64,000 bases of DNA from Patescibacteria group bacterium (GTDB taxonomy: Bacteria > Patescibacteriota > Patescibacteriia > Patescibacteriales > Patescibacteriaceae). Every line of letters starts with the position of its first letter. Position 1 is the first letter of the stretch. The stretch lies in assembly GCA_030583705.1 (NCBI GenBank), contig CP129471.1:50506-114505 (forward strand), read 5' to 3'. The notes under the pieces were generated by a model. That model was not told the origin of the DNA. It searched no databases and saw only the letters and a list, made by a program, of their open reading frames with translations. The translations under genes and the position numbers were made by a program. Of the stretch, positions 47,404 through 56,795 are shown piece by piece.

Positions 47404-47482
47404 CGCCGTAAACGATGGATGCTGAGCATTGGGAGTTTCGACCCTCTCAGTGCTGTCTATCTAAGTTAACACCTTAAGCATC

Positions 47483-47524
<42 letters not shown>

Positions 47525-47525
47525 A

Positions 47526-47569
<44 letters not shown>

Positions 47570-47989
47570 ATTAAGCGAGGAACCTCACCAAGGTTTGACA
47601 TATAGCTGCAGACCCCTGGAAACAGGGGAGCCTTCGAGGGTGCTATACAGATGCTGCATGGTTGTCGTCAGCTCGTGTTGTGAAATGTACCGTTAAGTCG
47701 GGAAACGAGCGCAACCCCTACCCTATGTTTTACGTGTCATAGGGGACTGTCTGCTTTAAGCAGGAGGAAGGTGGGGATGACGTCAAATCAGCATGGTTCT
47801 TACACCTTGGGCGACACACGTGCTACAATGGGAAGTACAAAGGGACGCCAAACCGTAAGGTGGAGCAAATCCCAAAAAACTTCTCTCAGTTCGGATTGAG
47901 GGCTGCAACTCGCCCTCATGAAGCTGGAATCGCTAGTAAACGCGGATCAGCCATGCCGCGTTGAATACGTTCTCGGGTCTTGTACTCAC

Positions 47990-48878
47990 AATAAAAGCGC
48001 CGGGCAGTTTAATGGAGAAGATTGTTTATAACATATCTTCTTATAATCCAAGGAGTTAAAATCTCCTCCTCCGTATCGTCTACGGAGAGTAGTTGAAGGA
48101 TAGTCGTCAATCGTGAGGTTGGCGGTGAAGGATCCGGAAACAAATTTTAGTCCGACATAAAAACGGTCGCATCGACTTTTGAATAGGTGGTGAGCAAAAG
48201 GAAGATGCCAAGCCAAGACCGGTTGGAATGAAAGGAATGGAACATTAAATGACCCCGGGAGATCTTGCGCTGTCTTATTTGTATGTTATTATATAAATAA
48301 GTAAAGAAACTTACGCAGCGTAAGAAGTCAGCTGAATCATAGTACCTCGTTTTTCGAGGGAAGGATTCACTCAGTGCATATGGAATTAGAGACAAATTAC
48401 ATTGTCGGTTTGGTTGACGGAGAAGGAAGTTTTACGGTTTACGTAAAAGATCCGGATTCCGTTAAGCAAGTTAAGAGGCGAACAAAAGTTGAGCCGAGAT
48501 TTTTTATTAAGCTAATTGAGAAAGATAAAGAAATTCTTTTTCAGCTTAAAAAATATTTTGGTTGCGGTAATGTTTATTTTCAAAAAGACAACCGCTTAAA
48601 TCATCGTAATTGTTATCGCTATGAAGTATCGAATAGACAAGATTTGTTTAATATTATAATTCCTTTTTTCGAAAGTAACGTTTTGAAGTTACGCTCAAAA
48701 CGTGGTGACTTCGAAATTTTTTGCAGAATTATGAAGATGATACAGAATAAAGATCATCTAACAGATTCTGGCTGGTATAAAATATACCGGCTTAAGCAAA
48801 AAATGCATTAGAGCTCGCGTAGTGCGGGAAATCCGCTCGCTACGTGGGAACATCAATTTACAGTTTCGTAAAGATAAT
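47990..48878 (+). mobile_element. second intervening sequence in 16S rRNA at ~E. coli 1397-1400 (inside 1392/1406 universal region), carrying LAGLIDADG ORF; boundaries approximate
   Basis: 'cttgtactcac' and 'cgcccgtcacacca' separated by ~890 nt; boundary does not obey simple U/G group I rule so exact ends uncertain. Confidence 0.5.
48374..48811 (+). CDS. single-motif LAGLIDADG homing endonuclease (intron-encoded)
   Basis: 'IVGLVDGEGSFTVYV' motif; 145 aa (I-CreI-like size). Confidence 0.7.
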   Translation: MHMELETNYIVGLVDGEGSFTVYVKDPDSVKQVKRRTKVEPRFFIKLIEKDKEILFQLKKYFGCGNVYFQKDNRLNHRNCYRYEVSNRQDLFNIIIPFFESNVLKLRSKRGDFEIFCRIMKMIQNKDHLTDSGWYKIYRLKQKMH

Positions 48879-49253
48879 CGCCCGTCACACCAAGAGAGTC
48901 GGAGGCACCCGAACCCGCTATTGGAGCGGGGAAGGTGAAATCGATGATAAGGGTGAAGTCGTAACAAGGCATCCGTAGCGGAAGCTGTGGATGGATCACC
49001 TCCTTTCTAGGGAGAATTGTCCGCCTTAATTTAAGGTATGGACATGGTCGGCTAATCAACGCTCCGGTTACCGGAGATAGATTGGCAGAGAAACTTGAAT
49101 TGGCGCCTGTTCGCACTGAAATTAAAGCCAGCTGTTTTGTTTTACAAGACAGTCTTTTGGCTTACAAATAGTTTATGGGCCTATTTGTTTTTCAACAAAA
49201 AAAGACCGGCTTGTAAGAAAGGTCTTTTTTTGTTAGAATAAAAATTGCTTTTT

Positions 49254-49330
49254 CGGGCATATAGCTCAGTTGGTTAGAGCGCAACACTGATAATGTTGAG
49301 GTCCATGGTTCGAATCCATGTATGCCCACC
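49254..49330 (+). tRNA. tRNA-Ile (anticodon GAT), CCA encoded
   Basis: Cloverleaf folded by eye: acceptor gggcata/tatgccc, anticodon loop 'ctGATaa', T-arm 'ggttcgaatcc'. Confidence 0.85.
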
Positions 49331-49351
49331 AAGAAGCTTAGCTTCTTTTTG

Positions 49352-49424
49352 TCGCGGGGTAGAGCAGCTGGCAGCTCGCCAGGCCCATAACCTGGAGGTC
49401 GCGGGTTCGAATCCCGCCCCCGCA
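49352..49424 (+). tRNA. tRNA-Met (anticodon CAT), probable initiator (C1:A72 mismatch); no encoded CCA
   Basis: Acceptor cgcgggg/ccccgca with C1-A72 mismatch, anticodon loop 'ccCATaa', T-arm 'gcgggttcgaatcccgc'. Confidence 0.75.
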
Positions 49425-49431
49425 ACAAGTT

Positions 49432-49503
49432 CGCCTTGGTAGCTCAGTGGTAGAGCAGTGGCCTGAAGAGCCTCGTGTCGTCAGTTCGATTCTGACCCAA
49501 GGC
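49432..49503 (+). tRNA. tRNA-Phe (anticodon GAA); no encoded CCA
   Basis: Acceptor gccttgg/ccaaggc, D-arm 'gctcagtggtagagc', anticodon loop 'ctGAAga', T-arm 'gtcagttcgattctgac'. Confidence 0.8.
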
Positions 49504-49516
49504 ACAGTTTTATCTA

Positions 49517-49587
49517 ACGGGGTGTCGTATACCGGTAGTACGCACGCTTTGGGAGCGTGTTGACTGGGTTCAATTCCCAGCACCCCG
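49517..49587 (+). tRNA. tRNA-Pro (anticodon TGG); no encoded CCA
   Basis: Acceptor cggggtg/caccccg, anticodon stem cacgc/gcgtg with loop 'ttTGGga', T-arm 'ctgggttcaattcccag'. Confidence 0.75.
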
Positions 49588-49597
49588 ACAAAGAATA

Positions 49598-49669
49598 AGC
49601 GGGTATAGTATAATGGCTATTATGTTGGCCTTCCAAGCCGAAGATGCGGGTTCGATCCCCGCTACCCGC
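49598..49669 (+). tRNA. tRNA-Gly (anticodon TCC), U73 discriminator; no encoded CCA
   Basis: Acceptor gcgggta/tacccgc, anticodon loop 'ctTCCaa', T-arm 'gcgggttcgatccccgc'. Confidence 0.75.
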
Positions 49670-49693
49670 TCATAGGTTTTTTTGAATTACGAA

Positions 49694-49722
49694 AAATAAC
49701 CCCATAGGGGGTTATTTTTGTA
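49694..49722 (+). terminator. intrinsic terminator after tRNA cluster (aacccc atag ggggtt + T5)
   Basis: Seen directly. Confidence 0.5.
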
Positions 49723-49728
49723 TTTAAA

Positions 49729-49757
49729 AAAGAGATTCTTTTGGAATCTCTTTTAGG
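49729..49757. repeat. palindromic hairpin element 'aaaaaagagattcttttggaatctcttt' (copy 1 of 2)
   Basis: 28-nt identical copy at 52063..52090; 8-bp stem agagattc/gaatctct. Confidence 0.7.
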
Positions 49758-49764
49758 ATGGATT

Positions 49765-50634
49765 TTATTTTAGTTTTGTAAGCCCACTTACCATTGAAGT
49801 TGATTTCGGTATGCTTTCGGTTAGTTTTAGTTGGTATAGGATTTTAGCTATGTATTGCAAGTCTTTTTTGGAGACTTCGTTTGTGTAGCTCCATTCAATA
49901 TCCTTAAACCAACTTTTAACATCTTTTGGTAATAAGCCGTATCTTTTTGATATTTCTTTTATACTGTGATCGCCTTCTTCTTTTGCTATACGGCAGAATT
50001 CTGATACAGTTGAAGAAATTTTTAAGACCGTATTTTTATGCTTCTCAAGGAATTTATTATTAGCCACTAAAACAAAAGATGGCCATGGTGTTGGTCTTAT
50101 TCCCAGTAGCTTAAAATCCCCTGAATCAACATATGGTTTGGTGGTATATTTTTCCCAAAAGAAGACAGAAGATTCTTTTTTCTTAAAAGATTCAACAGCT
50201 CCTAAGAGATTATTTACAACCTTAAATTCAATATTAGCAGTCTCCCAGCCTCTTATTTGAGCATCCACTATAGCCATTAAATGTGATCCAGAACCGTATC
50301 TGCTGATAGCGTAGGTTTGCCCATTAATATCGTTAATTGAGTTTATCTTAGAATCTTTTGGAACATGAATTCCCCACAGTAATGGTGATTGAACGTAAGT
50401 TTTAATGATTCTGAAGTCTGCTTTATGGGCTAGGGCGTTAACCGCTCCTTCGGTTAAGATTACAGCCATATCAAGCTTTCCATTGTTAAGATCACCGCAC
50501 ATGGCACCGGTACCGGTGCCATAATCAGTCCAATCAAGGTCAATACCTTGCTGGCTGAACGCTTTAGATTCAGTAGCAAGGTGCCAAGGATAATTAAAGT
50601 GTTCAGGGACTCCACCTATTTTTACTTTAAGCAT
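49765..50634 (-). CDS. periplasmic-binding-protein-like (type 2 PBP fold) protein, possibly NMT1/THI5- or MqnA/MqnD-like
   Basis: 289 aa; 'KIGGVPEHFNYPWHL' N-terminal motif; assignment by general resemblance only. Confidence 0.35.
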   Translation of the reverse strand: MLKVKIGGVPEHFNYPWHLATESKAFSQQGIDLDWTDYGTGTGAMCGDLNNGKLDMAVILTEGAVNALAHKADFRIIKTYVQSPLLWGIHVPKDSKINSINDINGQTYAISRYGSGSHLMAIVDAQIRGWETANIEFKVVNNLLGAVESFKKKESSVFFWEKYTTKPYVDSGDFKLLGIRPTPWPSFVLVANNKFLEKHKNTVLKISSTVSEFCRIAKEEGDHSIKEISKRYGLLPKDVKSWFKDIEWSYTNEVSKKDLQYIAKILYQLKLTESIPKSTSMVSGLTKLK

Positions 50635-51148
50635 ATTTTTTTACTTTATGTTTATGAATATGGGGGTGATATTTTTCAATGAGATTTATTCCAACTGCCT
50701 CAGCTGCTATCCTTTCTGTTCTGCACCCTAAAGAATCTTTATATTCATGATCGGTTTTAATACAAACCAATCCATTTAAGTTTTTGTTAATAATGGGAAC
50801 ATAAAACTCTTTTATTTTAGAGCTTGTGTTTACTCTGATTTTTGTCCATCTTTTTATTTTTATATCAAGATAAGGAATCTGATTCCAGATGACATAACCC
50901 TCCTGGAGTGTTTTTTGGTAGTATCTTTTGATTACTTTTATATTTTCATCTACGGATCCACTGCCACCAGAAAAAATTGGGGCAGATATCATATATACAT
51001 CTCCAAAGAAAGACAACTTTTCTATTTCCCATTTTGCAACCTGTAGTAAATCAACATAATCCTTTACAGATAGAAATTTGATATTTCTTACAGGCCAAAG
51101 ATAGAATAACATATATAACCTTAGAATTAGTTGTTGAGTTTTTCTCAT
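50627..51148 (-). CDS. hypothetical protein, DUF4406 / nucleoside 2-deoxyribosyltransferase-like fold suspected
   Basis: 'YMISAPIFSGGSGSVDENI' and 'VIWNQIPY' loosely resemble DUF4406; 8-nt overlap with downstream gene suggests operon. Confidence 0.3.
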   Translation of the reverse strand: MRKTQQLILRLYMLFYLWPVRNIKFLSVKDYVDLLQVAKWEIEKLSFFGDVYMISAPIFSGGSGSVDENIKVIKRYYQKTLQEGYVIWNQIPYLDIKIKRWTKIRVNTSSKIKEFYVPIINKNLNGLVCIKTDHEYKDSLGCRTERIAAEAVGINLIEKYHPHIHKHKVKKYA

Positions 51149-51302
51149 ATTGTTTGTTGTTTAATTTTTAATGTTATTTGACATAATATCATTTATGTGT
51201 TATTTTGTCATTAATTATAACTGTGATATAATACAATAGGTATAAAATGTCTGAAAATAAAGGATTATTAATTAATATACTGTTGTCATAAAATATAACA
51301 AT

Positions 51303-52046
51303 ATGGATAAAAACTTAATCAATTCGCTTGTTTATTGTGGGTTCACTAAGAATGAATCAGCTATTTATATTTATTTGTTGAAGAAAATTGAAGCTACGGT
51401 TTTTGATATTTCCAAGGAAACAAGTATTCCTAGGGCTACGGTTTATTTAACTCTTGATAAATTGAAAAAACAAAAAATTGTTTCTTTGTTTAGGAAAAAT
51501 AATGTTCAATATTATACTCCTGAGAATCCCCTGAGATTAAAAGCTATAATTGAAGAGAAAGACAAAGCTATTAAAAATATTTTACCTGAGTTAAACGCGA
51601 TTATTGATACTGATTCGGAAAGACCCGATGTGAGGCTTTATACAGGTGTTGATGGTGTTAAAATAGTCTTGGAAGACATTCTAGACACTATGGTAAGAAA
51701 AAGGCAAAATATGCTCTTGGCCGCTTCTCGAACAGAAATTATTGATAGATTTCCTAAATATTTTCCTGACTGGATTGATCGCAGAGAAAAATTAAAGATA
51801 AAAAGCAGATTGATTCTACCAGAGTCTGAAAGAAAAAAGCATATTTTTGAACAAAATGAATGGAGAGAGGTGAGATATTTACCAGATACTTTTGGTTTTA
51901 AAGCAATGATTGAGATTTATGCAAATAAAATAGCTGTTTTTAATTTAAAAGAGGGAGAGATTTACTCAATAGTGATTGAATCAGAATCAATTGTACAAAC
52001 TTTTATTCAATTTTTTATGTTCTCATGGGAAAATTCTCAACCTTAG
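51303..52046 (+). CDS. TrmB-like winged-helix transcriptional regulator
   Basis: N-terminal 'LVYCGFTKNESAIYIYLLKK..VFDISKETSIPRATVYLTLDKLKKQKIV' HTH typical of TrmB family. Confidence 0.5.
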   Translation: MDKNLINSLVYCGFTKNESAIYIYLLKKIEATVFDISKETSIPRATVYLTLDKLKKQKIVSLFRKNNVQYYTPENPLRLKAIIEEKDKAIKNILPELNAIIDTDSERPDVRLYTGVDGVKIVLEDILDTMVRKRQNMLLAASRTEIIDRFPKYFPDWIDRREKLKIKSRLILPESERKKHIFEQNEWREVRYLPDTFGFKAMIEIYANKIAVFNLKEGEIYSIVIESESIVQTFIQFFMFSWENSQP

Positions 52047-52062
52047 GTTAGTGTATTTTATG

Positions 52063-52090
52063 AATAAAAAAGAGATTCTTTTGGAATCTC
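52063..52090. repeat. palindromic hairpin element 'aaaaaagagattcttttggaatctcttt' (copy 2 of 2)
   Basis: Identical to 49729..49756. Confidence 0.7.
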
Positions 52091-52117
52091 TTTATGGTTT
52101 TTAAAATTATAATTTCT

Positions 52118-53191
52118 TTAATACATGGAGTAGTAGAATCCATAGCATCCTACACTTAGTCCTGCACCAAAGGTGCAGACAATTATTAAGTCTTGGTCTT
52201 TTATTTGTCCTGACTCTATTTTTTTAGAAATTAGAGCCAAGGTTGAGACGCTGCTGGTGTTGCCACCTGCAAAGTCTTGATGAAATGTTCCTTTGTAAGC
52301 CTTCCAGGTGCTTTTTATTTTCTCCTGAAGAAGTGAAACTGTTTTTCCACTTGGTTGATGAGTAAACAAGTGGTTTATGTTTTTTGGGTTAATATCGGCT
52401 GTTTTGACTGCTCGATCAAGATCCTCAATAACTTGTCCTCCAACAAATCTATGAACTTTTGGCCCATCTTGTTGGAAGAGCTCTTCTTTATGTTTGTATA
52501 TTGAGTCAAGATTTCCTTCCTCTGGATATGAGTTCATGTCAAAGAAGGAAAACTGCTCATGTAAAGACGAGCTTAGAACTACGGCTGCTGCTGCGTCACT
52601 GAACAGATTACTGGCTTTCCAGTTATCTGTTTTAGCCAACTCAGTAGCCTTTTCTGCTAAAACTACTAAGACTGTTTTAGCGCTGCCTGATCTGATCATG
52701 CTCCAGCCAATAAAAATCCCTATGCTGCCGACAGTACAAGCTTCTTGAACATCAAAACACACAGCAGATGATTTAATGGTAGAGCCGTTGTGTTTATAAA
52801 GATAATTTTTTACCCGATCAGCTAGTGACGGGTAACCTGGGCCGGTATTTGATGCTCCTATAATCATATCAATCTCCCCATATTTTATCCTTGCTTTTTC
52901 AATTGCTTTAGTGGCCGCAATCCCGGCCATTTCTTCTATCTCGCCGTTGAAAAATAATCTATCCACGACTCCTGTTTGCTTTCGGCATTTTTCTGCCTTA
53001 GCAGTAATTTCCTCATTTGTAAAAGGTGGAGGATGTCCAAACAAGCTTTCTCTACCCTCTGGGGATAGTTTTTCCTCAATAAACCTTTCTTGTGAAAAAA
53101 TTTCAAATTTTTCACTATCTTCTTTTTGTGTATGAGAGAAATTTACTAACCTTACGCGTAAACTTGGGCAATTATTTGTGTTAACGAACAT
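52118..53191 (-). CDS. thiolase-fold condensing enzyme, FabH (KAS III)-like
   Basis: 'AVCFDVQEACTVGS' (active-site Cys region), 'FTHQPSGKTV', C-terminal 'TFGAGLSVGCYGF'. Confidence 0.55.
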   Translation of the reverse strand: MFVNTNNCPSLRVRLVNFSHTQKEDSEKFEIFSQERFIEEKLSPEGRESLFGHPPPFTNEEITAKAEKCRKQTGVVDRLFFNGEIEEMAGIAATKAIEKARIKYGEIDMIIGASNTGPGYPSLADRVKNYLYKHNGSTIKSSAVCFDVQEACTVGSIGIFIGWSMIRSGSAKTVLVVLAEKATELAKTDNWKASNLFSDAAAAVVLSSSLHEQFSFFDMNSYPEEGNLDSIYKHKEELFQQDGPKVHRFVGGQVIEDLDRAVKTADINPKNINHLFTHQPSGKTVSLLQEKIKSTWKAYKGTFHQDFAGGNTSSVSTLALISKKIESGQIKDQDLIIVCTFGAGLSVGCYGFYYSMY

Positions 53192-53406
53192 CTTTTAGCT
53201 CTCCTTTTAATTTAGTTTTTTATTTTATATTTACTCCAACCTTAGTTTATTTTCTTATTTATGTCAATTTTAGCTTAGGCTATATTTAAAGCTCCATTTT
53301 ATGGTTCTTTAGAGGTTTTCTTGCTTCTCTTGACATAAACCCGTCTTTGCCTTAGTATAGAGGTACCGTCTAATGCTCATTTTTGAGTTTTTTTATTTAT
53401 ATAATT

Positions 53407-53703
53407 ATGTTAACTATTCGTTTATCTCGCGTCGGCAAAAAGAGTTATCCAACTTATCGTTTAACGATTGCTGAAAAAAGTCGCGATCCATATGGTAAGG
53501 CTTTGGAGATTCTTGGTTCATATAATCCTCATACTAAAGAATTAGTAGCTAAGGATGAAAGGATCAGGTACTGGATTTCCAAGGGTGCTGGTACTTCTCC
53601 CACGGTTAATAACCTTTTAATCTCCAAGAATGTTATTGAAGGTAAAAAAGTTAAAGCCTCTAAGTCCGGCAAGAAAAAAGCCGGCGAAGCCGAAACCAAA
53701 TAA
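53407..53703 (+). CDS. rpsP: 30S ribosomal protein S16 (ORF opens at 53383; likely start MLTIRL)
   Basis: 'MLTIRLSRVGKKSYPTYRLTIAEKSRDP' canonical S16 N-terminus. Confidence 0.85.
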   Translation: MLTIRLSRVGKKSYPTYRLTIAEKSRDPYGKALEILGSYNPHTKELVAKDERIRYWISKGAGTSPTVNNLLISKNVIEGKKVKASKSGKKKAGEAETK

Positions 53704-53737
53704 TCTTTTTAAATAAAGCTCCCGAATTTCGGGGGCT

Positions 53738-55810
53738 TTATTGTTTTTTTAGTTTGATAATTAGCTCTATGGTTTCTTCAGATATTTCTCCCCTAAATTG
53801 TTCGGTTATTTCTTTAATATTAGCTTGAGGCTCTCTTTGTAGGAAAGTTTGTATGGCTTTTTCTTCTTTGGGTTTAATAATATGTTCAAGTTTGGGTTTA
53901 AGACCTTTGTCCGATAAGAAGACCAGATGATTAATTATTTCTTTTTCTTTAAGCCCTCGGGCTTTGGCCATTTGTTTAATATCTAGACCCTTGTTAACCA
54001 GCTCTAGAGTTTCCAGTTGGGTAAGTTTGGTGGCTAGTTTATTACTCTTATCCTTATTAGTCTCCACTTCAATATTTTCTCCTGCTTGGTTTTTAAAGAC
54101 TTCGGATTTTAGGCAAGTATCGCATCTTTCGCAACGATTCATTTCGTAGTCTCCAAAGTATTCTAAAAGATATTTTTGCCGACAACCTTCGGTGTAGACG
54201 TAATTCTCCATATAGTCAAGCTTGCCATAGGCCTTAGCTGCTTTATTTTTAAGTCTAGTTGTGTCTATGTTTAGTTCTTCTGGTTCAACTCTTTTAAGAA
54301 GTTCTAGCTCCGTACCTCTAAAAGGAGGTAGGTATTCAATCACTTCTTCAGCCGAGAGTTTTTTTAAAAGTTTGGTTAGAGAATCTTTTTTAACTTCCAA
54401 TAAACTAGCCGCTTCTTCAAGGTTAATAGCCCAACCGTTTTTAAGTTTTTCTTCAAAGCGAGCAAAGAGTTTATCAAAAATTTCAAGTTGTTTTTTAGCC
54501 CTACCGCCTAGCGAATCTCTGGCTTCTTCCACTGAAGTTAAAAGTTTTAAACCGGCTTGCCCGACTTTTTCTCTTTCTCTTCTAATATAACCTTCTTGTT
54601 CAAGAATTCTTAAGCAAGTACCAATAGCGGTTTCTGGAGAATCTTCACTTAAGGCTTTTTTAATTTCGCCATAGGTTAAGAGAATACGATTTTCTTTATA
54701 CTCAAGCAGATACTCATAGACGGCAGAAATTAGTGCCGGATCAGGGTTATCTCCTCGGATAAAGAATTCTCGCAAATAACGATCTCTTGGATGATAAAGT
54801 AAAAGACAAACACTGGGTTGCCCATCTCTACCAGCTCTACCCGCTTCTTGGTAATAGGCTTCAATCGTACCAGGTAGGTCGTAGTGTATAACAAAACGAA
54901 TATCCGGTTTGTCTATGCCCATACCAAAAGCGTTGGTGGCAACAATTACTCTGGCTTTACCGCTCATAAAGTTTTCTTGTATCCAGCGGCGTTCTTCAGG
55001 TTGTAGTCCGGCGTGGTAACCTACCGCCTCTACTCCATTGGATAAAAGCATTTCCAGAAGTTGATCGGCCTTGGCCCTGGTACCGGCATAAATTACTCCG
55101 CATTGATCAGATAGTCTAGTGACAATATCAACAATTACAAAAGGCTTTTGTGTCTCATTAGCTTGACTCACACCGAATTGTAAATTAGGTCGGGCAAAAC
55201 CGTTAATTATACAGTGGGGATTAACTAGCCCTAGTTGGGTAATAATATCTTCTCGTACCTCTGGGGTGGCAGTCGCTGTTAGGGCGATAATGGTCGGGGA
55301 TCCTATAAGTTCAACGGCTTTTTTTAATCTAGTGTAACTTGGTCTAAAATCATGACCCCATTGGCTAATACAATGAGCTTCATCTACGGCAAAGAGACTT
55401 ATTTTAGTTTTTTTTAGATTAGTGATAAAGTCTTGGTTATAAAATCTTTCCGGAGCAATATAGACTAGCTTGTAATGCCCTTCGGACATTTTAGCAAGAC
55501 GTTTTTTAGATTCTTCTTCACTTAAGGCGCTGTTAATGTAAGTGGCTGGTATGTTGCGGGCAACTAGAGCGTCTACTTGGTCTTTCATTAAGGCGATTAG
55601 GGGGGAAATAACCAAGGTTACACCCGGTAAAGCCAAGGCTGGTATTTGGTAGCATAAAGACTTACCACCACCGGTTGGCATAATAACTACTGTGTTTTCT
55701 CCGGCTATAACTCTTTGTACTGCCGATAATTGGCCTGGACGAAAATTAGCAAAGCCGTAGTATTTTTGGAGAAGTGCCAGAGGGTCGGAGGGAGATATAG
55801 TTTTATTCAT
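53738..55810 (-). CDS. recQ: ATP-dependent DNA helicase RecQ
   Basis: 'VIMPTGGGKSLCYQIPAL', 'DEAHCISQWGHDFRPSY', Zn-binding Cys cluster 'CERCDTC'. Confidence 0.85.
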   Translation of the reverse strand: MNKTISPSDPLALLQKYYGFANFRPGQLSAVQRVIAGENTVVIMPTGGGKSLCYQIPALALPGVTLVISPLIALMKDQVDALVARNIPATYINSALSEEESKKRLAKMSEGHYKLVYIAPERFYNQDFITNLKKTKISLFAVDEAHCISQWGHDFRPSYTRLKKAVELIGSPTIIALTATATPEVREDIITQLGLVNPHCIINGFARPNLQFGVSQANETQKPFVIVDIVTRLSDQCGVIYAGTRAKADQLLEMLLSNGVEAVGYHAGLQPEERRWIQENFMSGKARVIVATNAFGMGIDKPDIRFVIHYDLPGTIEAYYQEAGRAGRDGQPSVCLLLYHPRDRYLREFFIRGDNPDPALISAVYEYLLEYKENRILLTYGEIKKALSEDSPETAIGTCLRILEQEGYIRREREKVGQAGLKLLTSVEEARDSLGGRAKKQLEIFDKLFARFEEKLKNGWAINLEEAASLLEVKKDSLTKLLKKLSAEEVIEYLPPFRGTELELLKRVEPEELNIDTTRLKNKAAKAYGKLDYMENYVYTEGCRQKYLLEYFGDYEMNRCERCDTCLKSEVFKNQAGENIEVETNKDKSNKLATKLTQLETLELVNKGLDIKQMAKARGLKEKEIINHLVFLSDKGLKPKLEHIIKPKEEKAIQTFLQREPQANIKEITEQFRGEISEETIELIIKLKKQ

Positions 55811-55906
55811 AAAAGTAAGATTCTCCCTGTTTGGGATGATTAAATTAAGGTTATTTTATTTAAAAACAAATTGTTTTAAATAAGATTTATTCAAGTGTTT
55901 AAAAGA

Positions 55907-56758
55907 TTATTTTAGTCTGTATTTTTTAAAAATTTCTAGAGTATTCCAAAAAGCCATGGCAATGGTCATGGGACCAACACCTCCCGGGACGGGAGTAATA
56001 TAGCCTTCTATTTTTTCAGTGTCTGAGAATTTAACATCGCCGGTAATTGAACCGTCTGCCATGGTACTGATTCCGATATCAATAATTACACTGTGGGGTT
56101 TAAGCATTTCCCCGGTTAAATAACCGGCTTGGCCGATGGCGGTAATTATAATGTCTGCATTTAGGGTGGTTGTTTTAAGGTTAGGATCTTTTTTATCTGC
56201 TAAAACAGTTTCAGCGCCTTGTCTTTTGAGTATCTCTGCTAAGTTACCTTCAAAGATTTCTGAATTACCGATGATGACGATTTTTTTGTTTCTTAGGTCT
56301 AATTCAAGACTACTTAGCATGGCAAAAATTACACCATAAACGGGGGGCATAATAGCCGATGAGATTTGTTTTGGATCCATTAGTTTGGCTAAGTTTTTTT
56401 CGGTAAAGCCGTCCACGTCTTTTTCTGGCGCTATAGTGTTAACGATTTTGTTGGTGTTAAGGTTTTTAGGTAAAGGAAGCTGAACTAAAATAGCATCTAC
56501 TTCTTTATCTTTATTTAAGAAATCTATCATCTCAAGCATTTGTTCTTCGGTAATATCCTCATCACAGCGGTAGACATGGGTATCAATACCTACTTCTTTG
56601 GCTTGTTTTTCTTTTAAGCCGACATAAAGAGCGGAATCGGCTCTTTCTCCAACTAGAATAATAGCCAGACCGGGGCGTGGTCCGTTAAGTGATTTTATGT
56701 CCAGGACAATTTTATCTTTTATAACTTTAGCCAAAGCTCGGCCGTCTATGATTTTCAT
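55907..56758 (-). CDS. folD: bifunctional methylenetetrahydrofolate dehydrogenase/cyclohydrolase
   Basis: 'YITPVPGGVGPMTIAM', 'GLKEKQAKEVGI'. Confidence 0.85.
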   Translation of the reverse strand: MKIIDGRALAKVIKDKIVLDIKSLNGPRPGLAIILVGERADSALYVGLKEKQAKEVGIDTHVYRCDEDITEEQMLEMIDFLNKDKEVDAILVQLPLPKNLNTNKIVNTIAPEKDVDGFTEKNLAKLMDPKQISSAIMPPVYGVIFAMLSSLELDLRNKKIVIIGNSEIFEGNLAEILKRQGAETVLADKKDPNLKTTTLNADIIITAIGQAGYLTGEMLKPHSVIIDIGISTMADGSITGDVKFSDTEKIEGYITPVPGGVGPMTIAMAFWNTLEIFKKYRLK

Positions 56759-56795
56759 ATAGTTGACAACATTTCAATATCTATATATACTTAAA

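Noticed and set aside
49192-49583. 78-aa and 81-aa minus-strand ORFs
   Set aside because: Antisense to the tRNA cluster; GC-rich tRNA sequence creates open frames
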